Shown here piece by piece: positions 35,568 through 36,315 of a stretch of DNA of 36,315 nt; the stretch's first letter is position 1, and each line of letters starts with the position of its first letter. The position numbers were made by a program, and so were the translations under genes. Under the pieces are notes generated by a model. It had not been told where the DNA came from and did not search any database. It was given only the letters and a program-made list of their open reading frames with translations. The stretch comes from Chiloscyllium plagiosum (Eukaryota), in the NCBI RefSeq assembly GCF_004010195.1, contig NC_057759.1:6725409-6761723 (forward strand), given 5' to 3'.

Positions 35568-36315
35568 AAAAATCAATGCATGTACACAACAGCACGTCGT
35601 CAACATTAAATTTTAGTTTCCAAGTTCTTCACAAGTCAATATTGCTCTAATCTGTTCACAGTCTGTCCCATCTGAGCAGAGTTTTGAAGGACAATAAGCT
35701 GTATCCACAGTCCCATTGAGTAGCACAGCCTGACAGGTACAAAGTACTTCCCAAGAACAAAATCTTACCAGTGAATGGAAGAAACAAAATGAGTTCTGCA
35801 CTCACAGAAGAACAAACAGTTCCAGACTGTTGGTGTAATGAAGGACTTGAAGGAAAATGATAATTTCTGGACAGAACAAAGAGTGAGATGGTGCCAATAC
35901 ACAGTGGGTACAGAATAACTTGCAAAGTACAGAAATACTGTCAGATCAATAGGGGAAAAAATAGAAAAGACATGAACTCAAAGAGGTCTCAGTTGGGAGA
36001 ATTAGCATTTTATTAACCAAGTTATCCAGGACAGTGTGAGTGTGTGTCAGCCCCAGTGTACAAGTGAACTTCCTATAGATTTTAAATGCATGTTATCAAC
36101 TTGGTCAAAAAGTACGCTCTACTTGTTTATTAGAAAATACTGAACATATTGCATGTTCACAATGTATTCCACTTAAGAGGGGAAAAAAGTAAGTAAAAAT
36201 CCAAACTAATTATTCATCCAGTTATCTCACCATGGCTTAAACATGCTGTCTGACTCTCTGACTGTATGTAATTCATGTATCAATTCTTTTTGTCCAAACT
36301 GGAGGAATTAAATAG

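Overview
Eukaryotic, repeat-dominated DNA, most likely from a shark or ray, judged from HE1 V-SINEs, a Deu-domain SINE and dense CR1 LINEs. No intact protein-coding gene is recognisable. The long ORFs are decayed CR1 pieces, including one near-full-length element at 8110-12312 (SGNH-esterase ORF1, APE-RT ORF2). Other repeats are Penelope-like GIY-YIG and hairpin remnants with decayed hammerhead-ribozyme cores, a Rex1/Babar 3' end, a 1190-bp solo LTR and a degenerate ~49-bp minisatellite. There are three duplications: 1199-7609 vs 17392-23036, a tandem pair at 24190-26739 with a filled and an empty SINE site, and 27902-29529 vs 29887-31514 across an N gap. In the unique DNA lies the probable 5' end of a + strand host gene: a promoter with NRF1, GC-box and CCAAT motifs (~14.6-14.95 kb), a donor at 15104, homologous short exons (15597-15651, 20045-20126, and a paralog at 4248-4329) whose phases suggest mutually exclusive use, and a 25-nt micro-exon (29365-29389). 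All calls were made by eye; no searches or alignments were run.
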